Source: Mizuhopecten yessoensis (taxonomy: Eukaryota). Taken from it: a DNA stretch of 64,000 nt. Below the pieces are notes generated by a model. It did not search any database. It worked only from the letters and a program-made list of their open reading frames with translations, and was not told the DNA's origin. The position numbers were made by a program, and so were the translations under genes. The stretch spans positions 1,520,545-1,584,544 of the forward strand of contig NW_018407700.1 of assembly GCF_002113885.1 (NCBI RefSeq), in the 5' to 3' direction. Below, piece by piece: positions 1-13,619 of the stretch. The stretch's first letter is position 1, and the number at the start of each line of letters is the position of its first letter.

Positions 1-328
1 CATGTGAGGGTTGTTAAAGTTTGAGAAACTATCATGTAAGTTTAAATTTGACTTTGAAATAATAATAAATAAAAAGTTTAATCTATGCATTGTATACTGT
101 GTTATAAGCTTTTGTACATATGCAAATATAGTTTGGTGTAAAGATTGAAGACCAGAAACAAATTATGAACACATACGGTGGGGATAATATAAGTCAAAAA
201 CAAAACATGGACACGATATACACTTTGAAGGGGCACATAGTACCCGGGTTTGAGTCAGAATCACAACACAAAAGAAAGAACAGCACACATCACCGTCGGG
301 AAGTCAGCCCAGCGACGCTGACTCCCGA

Positions 329-790
329 CTAAGTGGTTATGATATGGTGACCGAAGGGTTCAAGTTCTGATTCCCGCCGGATTTGATAGATTTTCGACGA
401 TTTATCTTTTATCATGATCTTGCCGTTAGTAGTCCACGTTTGTGTTATGTGGTTGGTTTTGACCAAGTTCCTCGCGATGTAGGCTAAACGTCCGCGATAT
501 TTGGTGAGGTCCTCATTTACAGAAATACGCTTGAATTGATCATTAGAGCGAAAACCGCGACTGGATTTTAACAGGGTAAACTTTGCGTCCACGGAACTCA
601 GACGCGCGATGATTTGGCGTGGTTTAGCTCGATTCTGGTCCGGTTTACCGACACGGTGAGACTGTTCCAGAGCCTGGGGAGGGAGATCGACGCCGGAGTC
701 CTGGGCTGCCTTCAGGATGATCGCGGAGGTGTCCTCTCCCGTCTGCTCCGGGAAGCCGGAGAAGCGTACGAGGGTTCTCCTCCCGTATTT
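329..790 (-). mobile_element. Non-LTR retrotransposon (LINE, CR1/L2/L1-type) ORF1 fragment, RRM + C-terminal domain, 5'-truncated
   Basis: Translation RRTLVRFSGFPE...SHRVGK...PRQIIARL...ISVNEDLT...TWTTNGKIMIK follows the LINE ORF1p motif order. The block is GC-rich and intronless, with an abrupt switch to AT-rich sequence at ~790. Confidence 0.8.
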
Positions 791-2683
791 AAAAAGTTTT
801 AAATGTCCATGTGACGATAAAAAGATATTTAAAACAAAACACGAAGAAATATATATATATCTGTAAACAGAGATCATTGCCGACATGTTTCATTCATATG
901 GAAATACTTAGATGCTTAGATTATATTTTGAAAGTATATGTCACTGAAATGTGCATTGTTATTGGTGAATATATGATGCCTGTATAGAATTGAAATAACT
1001 ATCATTTTATATCAATAAGTTTTATTATAGGTGTTACAAGAAAGGGATTAAACAACGGGCCTGGCCTATATTATTTCTCTCCTAGTCAAAGTATATTCGT
1101 ATGAAATAAATTAAATTTAAGAAAGCTTGATTTACAGTGACTATATATTATAGAGTTGTTATATTTTTATTGTGTATAAAATAGATAGAATCTGTCATAT
1201 ACACATACTGTCGTCATTAATAATTACTAATTGATACAGATTGTTATAATTCCATATTAATATTGGTGACATGTGCACATATAATCTTGTTAACATTAAG
1301 AATAGTTTTGGTATTTAATAGGTATCTATACGAACTGTTTTAGAATAAAGATTAAAACATTTTCTAGTATATTTTATAGCCGTGAATATCTTTATCGTGA
1401 AGAATGAAGAGCGAGTGATTTTCCTTTGGTTAAGGCTATAAAAGTAGTTCTTTCCGATTGTTCAATTTGGCACCTTAAAAAAATATGAGCGTAAAAACCA
1501 AGCCGGAGCACTCGAGTGAAACTTATTTTTGTTCAGTGTAAAGGTAAAATCGAGCATAATCAGTCTTGCTTTGCGCTGAGTCGTTATATATCCAATGGAA
1601 TTAATTATTCTGGGCATTTACATATTTTCCTTAGAGGTTTTTTTCCCCCAAAAAGTCACGACAATGTTATTGACATATCTATGTGTTATTTAAGATGTCA
1701 TTATATGTATAATTAAATAACTAAAAATGTATACTTCCGTCATTTTAAAGAAGAAAACTAGAATTATGTCAGTGTGACATTAAAACCGCTCACCAATTTA
1801 AATCTAATTGCTTCAGTAACACGTTGAGCATCAATATCTACTATAATACCTCAGATCTGTGTTCTGTATTCTGCTAATTGAAAATCAGGTCATGTGATGA
1901 TGTTGCCTTCGGAATTTCCAAAATCAATCACCTCTTAAATAATGCCTTACAAACATTTCTCCCTCTCCTCTTTTTTCACCCTCTTTTGTGACGCATTGTT
2001 GTTATTTTCAATAATTAGCATCCTCCAATGATGTGACATGAGCATTTACGTGCAGAGTGGCAATCGGTGAATGGGTAATAAGGAATAGGTGCATTTTGTG
2101 CTTGTGAAATGAAGAAAATAATTAACAGTAGTTAATACATGCATGGAGAAAAGAGACATTGTACTCCTTTTATTTTTATTTATTTTTTATTCATCTTGAT
2201 AATAATTATTAATATATGTAGCGATTTGATTTACTGCCATTGAATATACAATTCATCACAAAATCTCACAAATGTTCTTGGAATATATTTGAATTATATT
2301 TCTTAATGCGACTTTAACAACGTAAGAGTTATTTCCCTTACACCGGATTGGATAATTTTTTGACACAGCCCGAATTCTTGTCAAACAGCAGCGGCAGTTG
2401 TGTCATGTTCTTAAATTGTTACATTTTTATAAATAAATACACCAGAAATAGCATGCTGTGTTACAGAAATGTTTGATAAGCATGCACAGTTCACATATCG
2501 TCTCGTCTCAGGGCCACGTCCGTGGTATCAACGATGGTTTATTACCGTTATCAACCTAAGCACGATATGTCATATTACGTTCCCGTTTGAAACATCAAAA
2601 TAGAGGTTATACTAAATCACTCATACGGTTTATAAGTATATATATTTACTTCTTCCTTGTACTTACAAAATATATAAATCTAG

Positions 2684-2720
2684 ACCGTACCAGAGACGTA
2701 GTATACGTCTCTGACCGTAC
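2684..2720. repeat. 23-bp palindrome flanked by 7-bp direct repeats (mini-transposon remnant or footprint)
   Basis: accgtac + CAGAGACGTA-gta-TACGTCTCTG + accgtac. Confidence 0.7.
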
Positions 2721-4116
2721 AGACAGCGTCTATGCTTGACAGTCTCACACGGGCTTTCTCGAAACAGTCACGAAAACAAACACTCCTCAGACCTCAATCC
2801 GAATTGCTAAATCGCTCAAACCCAGTGCACGAATTTTACCACCACAACACATGAAGAATGCACCGGAGATAAACATTTTGTTTTCAGCAATTATTTAAAG
2901 TATGGATTATTATTTGGAGAAGAGTATTAGAAGACTTTATGTAACCCACAGGTGAGTGTCAGAGATTCTACTTTCTATTTACGATAACGAAACTATAAAG
3001 CGGAAGCATGCAATACTGAATTATGCGCACGCAACCTGAACGGAAGTGGGTCCGTCATTTCGTTCTCTGAACAGAATCAGCGGCTTAAAATATCAACTAT
3101 ACCGTTTTTTCTGATATGTATTATTAAAAGACATTGTAGTAAATTAAATTGCTGAGGAAAATTAATTTTTCTCGCCATGATAAAAAACTAGGCTGTTTCT
3201 AAGTTCTCAAATATGAAATGTACTGGAATTGAAATGTTTATAGCGCTTTGATCAGGTGGATAAAAAGTGCCCAATCTGGGTATCAAGATTAGGGTAGATT
3301 GACGTCAAAGTCACAAAATATGGATAAAACCCCCCGACTTTTAAAGAACCTGAACGAATCTTATCAAAGCATTTATTGCAATCAAATGAGTTTCGTTGTT
3401 ATTTATATTTAACAATGCTAAATAGGAAGTTGTTCATCAATTACATGGATATTCCTGTCAAAGGGAGATACTGTAATGTATCAGTGTCATGTACAACTCC
3501 ATGCAAGTTAAATCAGACATGTACTCTTGATACGTACAAGATAAATGCATTTAACTGTATACCGATTTAGACATTCGTGGATGATATATAGTAATTATGT
3601 TAGACTGTATAATGCCATTGTCGTTAAAGAATAACCTAAAATATAAAACTGGTATATGAACTGACTTTAATTCAACTTGCAGTGATCACCAATTTGTTGT
3701 GTACAGTAGTACAAACATGAATGTACATCATACACAAAAGTGATAAGTTAGTATGTTATGAATAGCAATATTCAAAGTTGAACCATCAGTGGGGTCCTTT
3801 GTGCAAAACATTGTATCCATTTTACTTTGAAGATACAAATCTTTGATGTAATCTTATGTTTAAGACACAGATGTTTAGACGTTTTCGTTAAGTAATGTTG
3901 AAGTTTTTCCTTTTTTTATTAAACGAATCAAAGGTCAAACAGAATTGATATGTATATGTATGTATTTCTGCAATTAATCATTAAATACATTCTCGAAAAT
4001 GAAATATAATGTACTTACATTGCTCTAAAGTCCAACTTCATCATCTTCTTAATGTTTGCCTTCGTTGAAATACTGGAACACAAATAACAACTTAAAGCTC
4101 ACCAGATTCCTCCACA

Positions 4117-5302
4117 ACTTTCGTTTTTAGTGTGTTACTTAGAATGGTATAGTGAGCCAAAACGTATTTTCCACACGTAAATGGATTTTCCTACTTTCAT
4201 TTTCGCTTTACAAAACTGCAATACATGATTAAAATTCCTTAGCTTATAATCAGATTAAAAAATGGGAAGCATGAAAAGGATATTACCTTCGCATTCGAGA
4301 AGTTGATTTTAAAAACATTTTGGGATCGAAAGTATAATTTAAAAACAAAAATCTGTTCAAAAGGGTTGTTTCATTATGAAAATTTTCCTGTATATTTCAC
4401 ATTCAAAAATAGAAGAAACAACTGACCATCATGTTTTTATGGAATAGCAGTTTATTTTATGAATAATGTCTCATAAATGTATCAAATAATGTATAACACC
4501 AATATTCAATTTTAAAATTGTACTTAAGTTTCTTTTAAAGTACCCAATGGAAATAAGCTCTCAGCTTTTGGGTTATCCTAGGTAAAAGGCTGCAATTTCT
4601 GTGAAAAAAAATTAAACTTCTGATCTCATATGCATGTATTAGTTGTACTGAATGTTGTTATGTTATTGTACAATCTAATGCTGTACTTTTACTCTATTCT
4701 GTGATATTCATGTATTGTTATATGCCTATTTTTTACCTATATTATTATTATTATTATTATTATCTTAACATTCTCTTTGGATCGTTCATCCTTCTCTTGA
4801 ATTAGACAAGTGGAACATGATATACGTTTTTCACGTAGCAATGTTACCTTCCTGGGTGAGTCAGCCTGATTGGTGTTTCCAAGATATATATACGTGTGTG
4901 ACTCATTTTCGATATGCTACTTTCGCTTTCGTTTTTGACAGTCGTATGTTACTGTTTTTACACATAATCAGGTTATGCATTTTTATAAATTCATATGGAA
5001 TTACATTGCTTAAATACATGTTTTCCTATATATTTCATTTTGGAAACATGATAGTCTGCAGATGGTGGTAAGTAAACTATTTCGTGCTTCGATTTGGAAT
5101 GATTTTGAAGTTTGTTCCGTGCAACATCACATTTAAATGCTCTTATACATATTGTTCCATTCCATGTCATAGGAATGGGTTTCATATAAGTTCAATAACT
5201 TTTGTCCATCATTTTGATAAACGTCAATAAAAATGATTAAACATTTAACTATATATATGTTAGTAAGAAAATAACTAATGTTTTATGTTTACTTTCGTTT
5301 TC
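4117..5302. promoter_or_regulatory. IRF/ISRE-like, AP-1 and kB-like motif cluster upstream of USP paralogue 1
   Basis: ACTTTCGTTTT 4117-4127; GGATTTTCC 4183-4191 beside ACTTTCATTTTC 4193-4204; TGAGTCA 4857-4863 and TGACTCA 4899-4905; ACTTTCGCTTTCGTTTT 4919-4935; ACTTTCGTTTTC 5291-5302. A candidate non-coding exon ends at 5067 (GTG|GTAAGT). Confidence 0.55.
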
Positions 5303-6113
5303 CCTTATCCTCTGTATCTAAATCGTACTCACGAGGAGGCGGTATGTCACTGCCATAAATATATGTTTTAAGGAAAATTAACATCACAAAGATTTATTCT
5401 TCTTTTTGCAATTATTACACCACGCTTCTTTCCTTCTTACAAGCATTATGCATACTTAAGTCAATGAAATATGACGCAGTAACGTTGACAACAGCTAACA
5501 ATTATTTAAACATTAGATACTACTCTGTTAACAATATTTATGTGCATAATTAGCCCTGGTTAATATAACACGGTATTGTCAGGTCATATACATGTCAGAC
5601 TAACAATTATGGTAAACAAAGTTGTTAGTCACAAATAGGATGGTTGCCTGAGATAAAGTGCACCCGGACTTCTTTGTAGAAAACATATCGACAAATGAAT
5701 ATGGATAAAGCTATGATCTGATTTATGAAGTAAATGTTTAGTACGTTGAATGTGGTTGTGGTCATAATAGTACTTTCCATAACCTTTAAGACAATTGAAT
5801 CCAAATAACTAACATGCTATGAACTAAGGAAAGGCATATTGGGAAATAGACATGAATGATGTGAGAATAACGTGATTAAGAATGTTTTACTCGTAAAATA
5901 AGAAGTTTATACTTGGAACTAGTAAAAATCTTAATTACGGTTTAGTTCAGAATATTTTTTCTCTCTCTTTACTTAGTTCGATTCTTCACTATTCCAAATG
6001 TGTATATTAGCGTAATATTAAAGTTAACCAGTGTTCAATTATGTTTGTATCAACACACTTCAATAACACATTTCAGAGTTACATGTTTGTATTGGAGGCA
6101 GCATTGATTCAAT

Positions 6114-9100
6114 ATGGTAAGTGTTTCAATTTGTAAGTTTATTTCAACATGTTAGAAAATGTTAACATCATAATACATATACTCTGACAATGCTACGAAT
6201 ACGTTTTTCACAATGTTTCAGATATGATATAGAATAATCTTCATGTATTTTACTTCCTGTGCTCAAATGAAATCCATCAATAATTACTCAAATAAAACTA
6301 TTAACTTGATCGATATTTATGATTCATGTAAAAGAGTTATTTTTTTTTATTTCCAATAAATACCTTTGCTATTTTTCAAAGGGGTCAACACCAGCTAAAC
6401 AACCTTCGAGACACAACAGCATCAATCAACCAGCACAAGCGGCTGATAACATCCAACCGTTAGAAGTAGTAAAGAGCACTGGAAAACTACAGGACAATGG
6501 TAGTGTATGCTAGTATAGATATTACATTAATTACGTTCTGTATCACTTGTAGGTGTCGTTACGTTAAAGATTGCATTGCAATATGAAGAAAAACATATAA
6601 AGTTCTTATTTTTATCTTCCTTTATAATAAATGTATATAAATCTTGACATACAGAATCAGTCGAAGAGCTCAGAACAGACCGCTTGAAAGACAATCACAA
6701 TCAAGGAAAGGTATCATATGCAATTATAACGTTATCATTGACAAGATGTAATCCCTTTCACTGGAAAAAACAATTCTTTATATGTGAATAGGAACCAATT
6801 TGTAATTACATCAAAATAAAGTTGCTCTTCATAAAAAGTAAACTAACACATTGACTAACAAACCTACAGTTATGTTGTTTATATATATCTAAATCGAATC
6901 CTGACCTAAATGTTTTACTAAACAGATTTTACTGTCCTCTTGAGAACTGTTCAATCTTAGGTTGTTTTACAACAGGAATTGGACGTCCATGAAGCTATTT
7001 TTAAACAGAAAGAAGCAGGACACGTTCCTACGGATGACAATAGTAGAGGTAAACACTTTAAATAATTGTATACAATAGCATTCAATTACAATTATGAAAT
7101 AGTTTTATATGTTATAAAACAATAATAAAAAGTCAAGGAACAATCCTTAATTCTAATTTTATATGATATTATTTATCTTAATTTGCTTCCGCAGACTCAA
7201 AAGAATTTGGAGAATCAATATCAACTTTACCAGCAAAAGATCATCCATCGGACAGAAATGACGAACAAAAGCTGGTATACTTTCTTGTAAAGCGAGAATG
7301 TTCAAAGTCTAATTAAAGGGAGATAACTCCGACATGCTTACTCACTTACACGTACAATATAATGCCCATATAAAGACACACAAGAAGTTGTGCATCATAT
7401 TGCCCTGTAAAAATGCGTTTTATTTTCCTATTCTTGTGTTGAATAGTTCAGAAAATATTTCTAAACAAATGATTTTTTGTGGACTATATCAGCGTTTTTC
7501 TGAAAGACATGAACCTGGTTATTCGCTATATTATTGATCAGTTCAATCAAAAGATATGTTTCCTTTACCATGATTCACAGATTTAGCAATGTGTTCCTCA
7601 TTTCATGATTTACTTGCATTATTGAAAGGATTTCTTGAAATATTCATATTACTATAATATATTTAATATCTTTCGACCATATAACAGGAAATTTCAGAAA
7701 ATGTACAGAATATGCAACAGGCAAACAAAGACATTACTTCCGAAGACAAAGGTATGTTGAGATGTGACACGGTATCAGAAAAAATAAGTAATACCTAGAA
7801 CACAGGTTTACTATGTAAAACAGAACATTTTGTATTAATGCTTTATTGGAATTCTCTGAGAAAGGAAATGCTAGCTTTATATTTCACAATTAATTTTTGT
7901 CATTAAATTTTAACTACATCGCGATACTAAGGAAGTGAATACGATAGAGTGGTTGTGTATTTAAGGAAACAATTATAAATAACTTTTCTGTCTTATTTCA
8001 GACTTACAAGTACTATGTTTCTACAGTGACAATGCAAGCAAAGAGAAAGACGATTCGGACAAAAGTGATGGAAATCTGATAAGAGTATCCTTTTTTTTCG
8101 CCAAAAATAAATATGTATTTCAATAATGATTTTAATGTTTCCTTCCTTAACATTGGTACAGGGCCTTCCCAATATAAAGGCAAGCTCATGTTACATGTCG
8201 ACACTCGTCCAGGTATATGTTTATTTTGCTAAAGAATTCGGGATATAACGTACTTTGAATATGTTTTGTAAGAAAATGTATCGACCGTGAAAATTATATC
8301 TATATGATAAATATAACTTTGACAGTAATATTAATATTGATATATACATAGTTATAATTTGGAAATGATATTTACATGCTCAGCTGGATGTCGATTCATT
8401 TTACTTTCCTTAAGATTATTTAATTGATATGTCTACGGATAACATATAAGTGATTACATCATAACTTTCCGGTTAAATAGGTATTGGCACAGACACCTGG
8501 CTTCACCGACAAACTTCTCCACAACAACCAGGTAGGATACACACGATCCTCATTTTATATACCGTGCTTCTCCATTTTTACAATTGATGAAGGTATTCTA
8601 TTTTCTGAAGTTTAAGATTAATACTAGAGGTCGTGATCATGTAAGTTAAGTTCATTATCTAAATATTACACTGATGATATAACTACTTTACATATATTTT
8701 TCAAATACATTGATATCACATGCAATCAATGTATTTCATCAGTTCCTTTAAAAAAAATGTGGCATATTTCAATTGATCTCACAGAAGACGTATTCTTGGG
8801 GTGATATATTAATGTCGTGCTATAATGGTATTTAATTCTAAATACATCTTAAATCAATGTACATTTATTATAATTACAGAACTGCCACGTGGCCAGTACC
8901 TTGATTAAGCTATTTGTTGAGATAAATGATACACAACAGGGGAGTTGTGATACAGAAGAAGATTTACACTCTCTTGTTTCCGACTTACAAAACAACATGT
9001 CCGAAAGGTACCTGCAATTATTGTGTTTAAGTAACTATTTATAGATAAGAACAACGTGTTTCAGTTACTTTGGATATTTGATATATTTATTATTTTGTCA

Positions 9101-11672
9101 TTTCTATTTTACAGGGATGAGAGTTACAAGAGTGGAAATCAAAACGACTGTCACTCCTTATACCTGTGTTTAATGGATGCATTAGATGAGGAAATCAAAG
9201 GTATTCAAACGTGTTATTAAGCTTATATATATAAGTACATATATTGGTAATATACAATAATGTAAAATAAATATAATTAATAACTATACAGGTAAAAGTT
9301 TACAATGGATACATAAGATTAGGAAATCAAAGGTATTCAAACGTGTTATTAAGTTTATATATATATATTATATATAATAATATGATATGAATAAAATGAA
9401 TAGTTTGACAGGTTAAAATTAACAATAGTTTAGGAGACGTGAAGTCTTTACAGTTTCTATGACTTTTACAGGATGCACGTCATTATTTGAGGGACATGCT
9501 CGAAACATATTCAGGTATTCAACGTGCGACCACGTAAGTATCTCTCCCTTCGATTTCATAACAAATGATGTATTACTGATGGGTCTATATTTATATTAAC
9601 AGTAGTTGTTATAAAAACAAAATGAATTCTTTGTTTCTATAAAAACGATATCAAACCCTAAACAATCTGTTTATAATAACATTTACCTATCATTAAATAG
9701 TTCACAAATTGATATGATAAATCGAATAGATTTCTTTTGCTGTGATTATTCAATCCTTTTAATTTTCAGGTTGAAGAATGTCAGCCAGAATGTATAAGGT
9801 CTCTGCTTTTAACAGTGGATGAAGTATATGTAAGTTTAATGCATCTTTAACTATGTTCTACTTAATTACTGATAAATTTATTATGATTTATTTATATAAG
9901 AAGCAATAATTATGATAATTAAAAGAAAATAATAACAATAATGAAAAAATAAAGAAACTGGCTGTGGCGAAAATACTATATGATACATTTAGTTAAGATT
10001 TGCATCATTAACTTACAAAACAATCTAATTAGTGGCAACATAATAGCAGGTTAAACTTTGTTTCAGTCTTCCGTTGAAGACAGTCTTAAGCTTTTAGAGG
10101 AGATAGTGACGTTTAACGACGCTGAGGTACCATGTAGAACATGCCTGGATGAAGAAAAGCGTTACGAAGGTAAGCAAGGTTATCCTGTATGTGCGCGCAT
10201 TAATAATCTCTGTTTACGTGCACTTTTAATTCCAGTAACGAATCATTATAGACAGTAAATATCAAATGCATAATTAGACAGTAATGACTATCATTCAACA
10301 AAATAATCACTTGAACTTTTAATATCGTGAATTGAAATTACTTAAATTGTATTCATGTAAGTAATCTGTACATAAGTTTGTATAATATAACTTTGATGGG
10401 AACGAAAGATAACTTTCATATGTTTTTTTAATATCCCGCATTAAATATGCTAATTGAAATAAAATAAACAAATGCATGCTGATCGGGCATATATTTTGCA
10501 GACACGTCAACATACAAACAATACATAGTTGCGAAACCACCGGAGATACTTGTTTTACAGCTGGCAAGATTTAAACAGGTAAATCTTTATATCAACACCC
10601 GGTGTAGACTGTATTTTAGTCTCTGTGAATATTTTCTTGTCTAATAAAGTAAAGTTAATCTAATATGTTGATAATGTAAATTGTCGAAAGCCTGTATACT
10701 TGCTAATATCAATAAATAGATAGGAATAAGAAATAATCATAGCGGCTGACAGCCAGACTATAGCCGGTTATATCATGTTTCATACGTTAAATTATACAAT
10801 TTGTCTAAATTTATGTTGTAATAATTATGAGAATATAAGTGATTCTAAATTGTTCCTCATGTGTCGTTTAGGTAATTGAGCTAGATATGACTCAGTCAAG
10901 TCATCAATGTTTGAAAACGAAACTACAGTGTATAACAAAGTGCATGTAGTGTAGTATTAAGTATATGAAATATAGATCAAAATATATATAGTGTATCACA
11001 AATTGTATAAAGTAATTATTTCAAATAGCATATCGTGTATCAGTGTATTAAAAAGTGTAAATTATGTGTTTTGCAATTGATACATTGTGTATAACAAACA
11101 TATACAGTATACAGTATAGTAAAATGTGTTTGCTGTGTATGTAGTGTATTACAAAGTGAAACTAGAGATCTAAAAATTGTTTGGAAAATCAAAACTTATT
11201 ATGTATGTTTTTACCAGGATATGGTCTCAGTGAACGAACCATACAGAAGACTGTACAAGTACCAGGGAAATGTACATTACCCTTCTGACTTATCCCTTCC
11301 CACCAGCATAGAGGTAATCAGACAATCGTTTGAAAGTGAAACAAGATTTAGTTTTTTATTGAAACATACTTCTTTCCTGAGCCGTGTTTGAAGATATAAT
11401 TTTAGATAAACACGTTGATTCTTTTTATTCAGGGACCGTCTGGCCGGGAATGTGTACATGTATGGTACGAATTATATGGCGTCATCTGCCACGAGGGAAG
11501 CCTTGAAGAAGGACATTACTGGTGTTATGTGAAGAAAAATGGATGGAACCCAGATAACTTGTACCTTTGGCACCTTTGTGCCGACTCCTACGTCAGAAGA
11601 CTTGACGTCAATGAGGAGTGGCCTCACTCGCCGTTCGCGTACCTGCTATTCTACAAACGACTGAAACTGTGA
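6114..11672 (+). CDS. USP-family deubiquitinase paralogue 1 (~476 aa): MGSTPAK N-terminus, low-complexity linker, C19 domain
   Basis: Phase-consistent exons: 6114-6116, 6382-6499, 6655-6710, 6976-7048, 7195-7274, 7688-7751, 8002-8084, 8162-8212 (Cys box GLPNIKASSCYMSTLVQ), 8481-8531, 8880-9007, 9115-9200 (QNDCHSLY), 9472-9533, 9770-9829, 10067-10169, 10502-10578 (PPEILVLQLARF), 11218-11313, 11433-11672 (His box YELYGVICHEGSLEEGHY...WHLCAD...AYLLFYKR). AATAAA at 11773. The start codon and linker exons are less certain than the catalytic exons. Confidence 0.88.
9189..9353 (+). repeat. Local ~132-bp tandem duplication that copies an exon end and its 5' splice site
   Basis: aggaaatcaaag|gtattcaaacgtgttattaag occurs at both 9189-9221 and 9321-9353. 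Confidence 0.85.
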
Positions 11673-13416
11673 TTTTGTGATATTGAAACACAATCTTTTG
11701 CAAAATCATTATTTTTTAATGATATTTAAAAATGGCATAATATGATTGATAAAAAAGACAAATTCACATTTAAATAAAATCGAATTAAAAAGATTAAAGA
11801 TTAATGTTTCTTGTTATACATAGTTTGGAAATCAATAAGCCCTCAAGACACATACCTACTGTATTAGGTTGTGAATATGTTATTGAAGCTTCATGTTATT
11901 AAAAGACTCTTAAATTCGTTTCCATTTTATTGTTGAGTTGTTATTGAACTCGCCCTGATGTTTTCATGTTAATTCGGAAAATCCTCAATAAAATGAAAGT
12001 CTCAAAATTCGTTTCATATATATATATGTATATAAAATAGAATGTTATTCAAGATCCTACATAATTTAGATACCCAAATATTTTATGAACGCTCTAAATA
12101 TTCAACAACTCAAAATAATTCTTCAATGGTCATGACATTTATTAGAACTTGCTTGCGTACACAACGTTGAAGGGCCATGGTGAAACTAGGATTAAAACCT
12201 AGTGTTTTTTAGATCTTAGTTAAGTTAACGATATTTTAACGTCTTTTTTCATTTCTTTTTTCTTTTATTTAATATCTATTTTTTTAAGTTATTGCGTGTC
12301 TCATTGCTTTCTTATTCAACTAGTAAAACATATGAATTCAGGTAACTACGGAAGGTCATTATGTAGCGAAATCTTTATATTAAAGACATATTTAACTGTT
12401 GTTGAGTTAATTCGTGCTAATACATACCGTACTTGTTTCTTCATTAGCAGCTAAAGAACCCTATGAGACGTGATTTAGTTCATTACAAGGAGATAATTCA
12501 CTAAATAATTATGAAATAAATTCAGGTAATTTTTTTGTAATACGGCTTCATTAAGTCTGTAGACAAAACAATGCGTGTTAAAAGACTATAACACAGCTAC
12601 TTAGATATTTATATTTGCTCTGTTATCTCCCATTTCAATGCATAGAGAAGGTAATACGTGTTATGAGAACATCACACTATGTAATCAGCTTGTCGCTTTT
12701 GTTACGTCACCGATCTAATTTACACCACTGACGGATTTTTGACACACCTAACTAAAATCGTAACTCGACTTACGTCTAAGTTTACGTCTACGTTTACGTG
12801 TGGACTTACGACCTTCAGTAAAACTGGCGTTCAAATCTGAAACATACTCTCTCTATCAAAATCTAATAACAAGGAATTAATGAGTTAACACATGCCAGAC
12901 TATATCAGTTTGCTAATGATAGAAAAGCTTATTAAAGAGATATACCACCATTGGCTAAAACAGTTATTGCTATTGGCTATATGGCAGGCAATACAGAGTT
13001 AAGGCCTGGCGTTTGAGATTATACTTTGATGATAAAGTGAAGAGAACAAAGAAATGTAAGATTGATAGAAAGAGATAAGTGGTAGATAAGAGATGAACAA
13101 ACTGAAGACATTTGTGATAGAATGTAAGAGAGTATACGTGTGCTTCAATTGTACTGAGGTAACTAGGTAAGAGAGGAATAAGATATAATGTTATAAAATG
13201 ACATACTAAGCAGAGTAAATTTATAGACACATGTACCCTCTTCAACACACAATCTGTTTCGTGCATATCATTACAGTCTAACTACATATTTCGTCCTAGA
13301 AATACTTACCTTTGGGCACTTTGAATAGGGTTTAGTGAACTTCGGTCATTCTTGAAAAATGCTTCTTGGTCTGCTTTCACGTCTCATGTTGATATGATGC
13401 GAGTATTAGTGCTTAT

Positions 13417-13619
13417 GGGAAATTACGCTTGAATTCTGCAAATAAAACGTGTCATTGAAATTCCTACTTTCACTTTCGTTTCAGCGTTATCTGGATAAAA
13501 TTAGATATGACAAACACGTTTTCCTAAACCGCGAGTAACAAAACGAAAGTACGTTCCGCGAAACCTAAGTAAGAAGAAGGGATAGTGTCCTTATTTGAGC
13601 CTACAGAGAGGAGGTAAGC
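13417..13619 (+). promoter_or_regulatory. ISRE/IRF, GAS and kB-like motifs plus putative non-coding first exon of USP paralogue 2
   Basis: GGGAAATTAC 13417-13426; ACTTTCACTTTCGTTTC 13466-13482; AAAACGAAAGT 13540-13550; TTCCGCGAA 13554-13562; donor GAG|GTAAGC at 13613/13614. Confidence 0.6.

Noticed and set aside
791-886. N-terminal part of the 185-aa ORF at 329..886
   Set aside because: It is AT-rich flanking DNA that happens to be open. LINE ORF1 similarity starts only at about YGRR.
2902-2951. MDYYLEKSIRRLYVTH as the coding start of paralogue 1
   Set aside because: Its phase-2 end hits TGA in exon 6077-6116 and does not fit the phase-0 exon at 6382. At most it is a 5'UTR exon or uORF.
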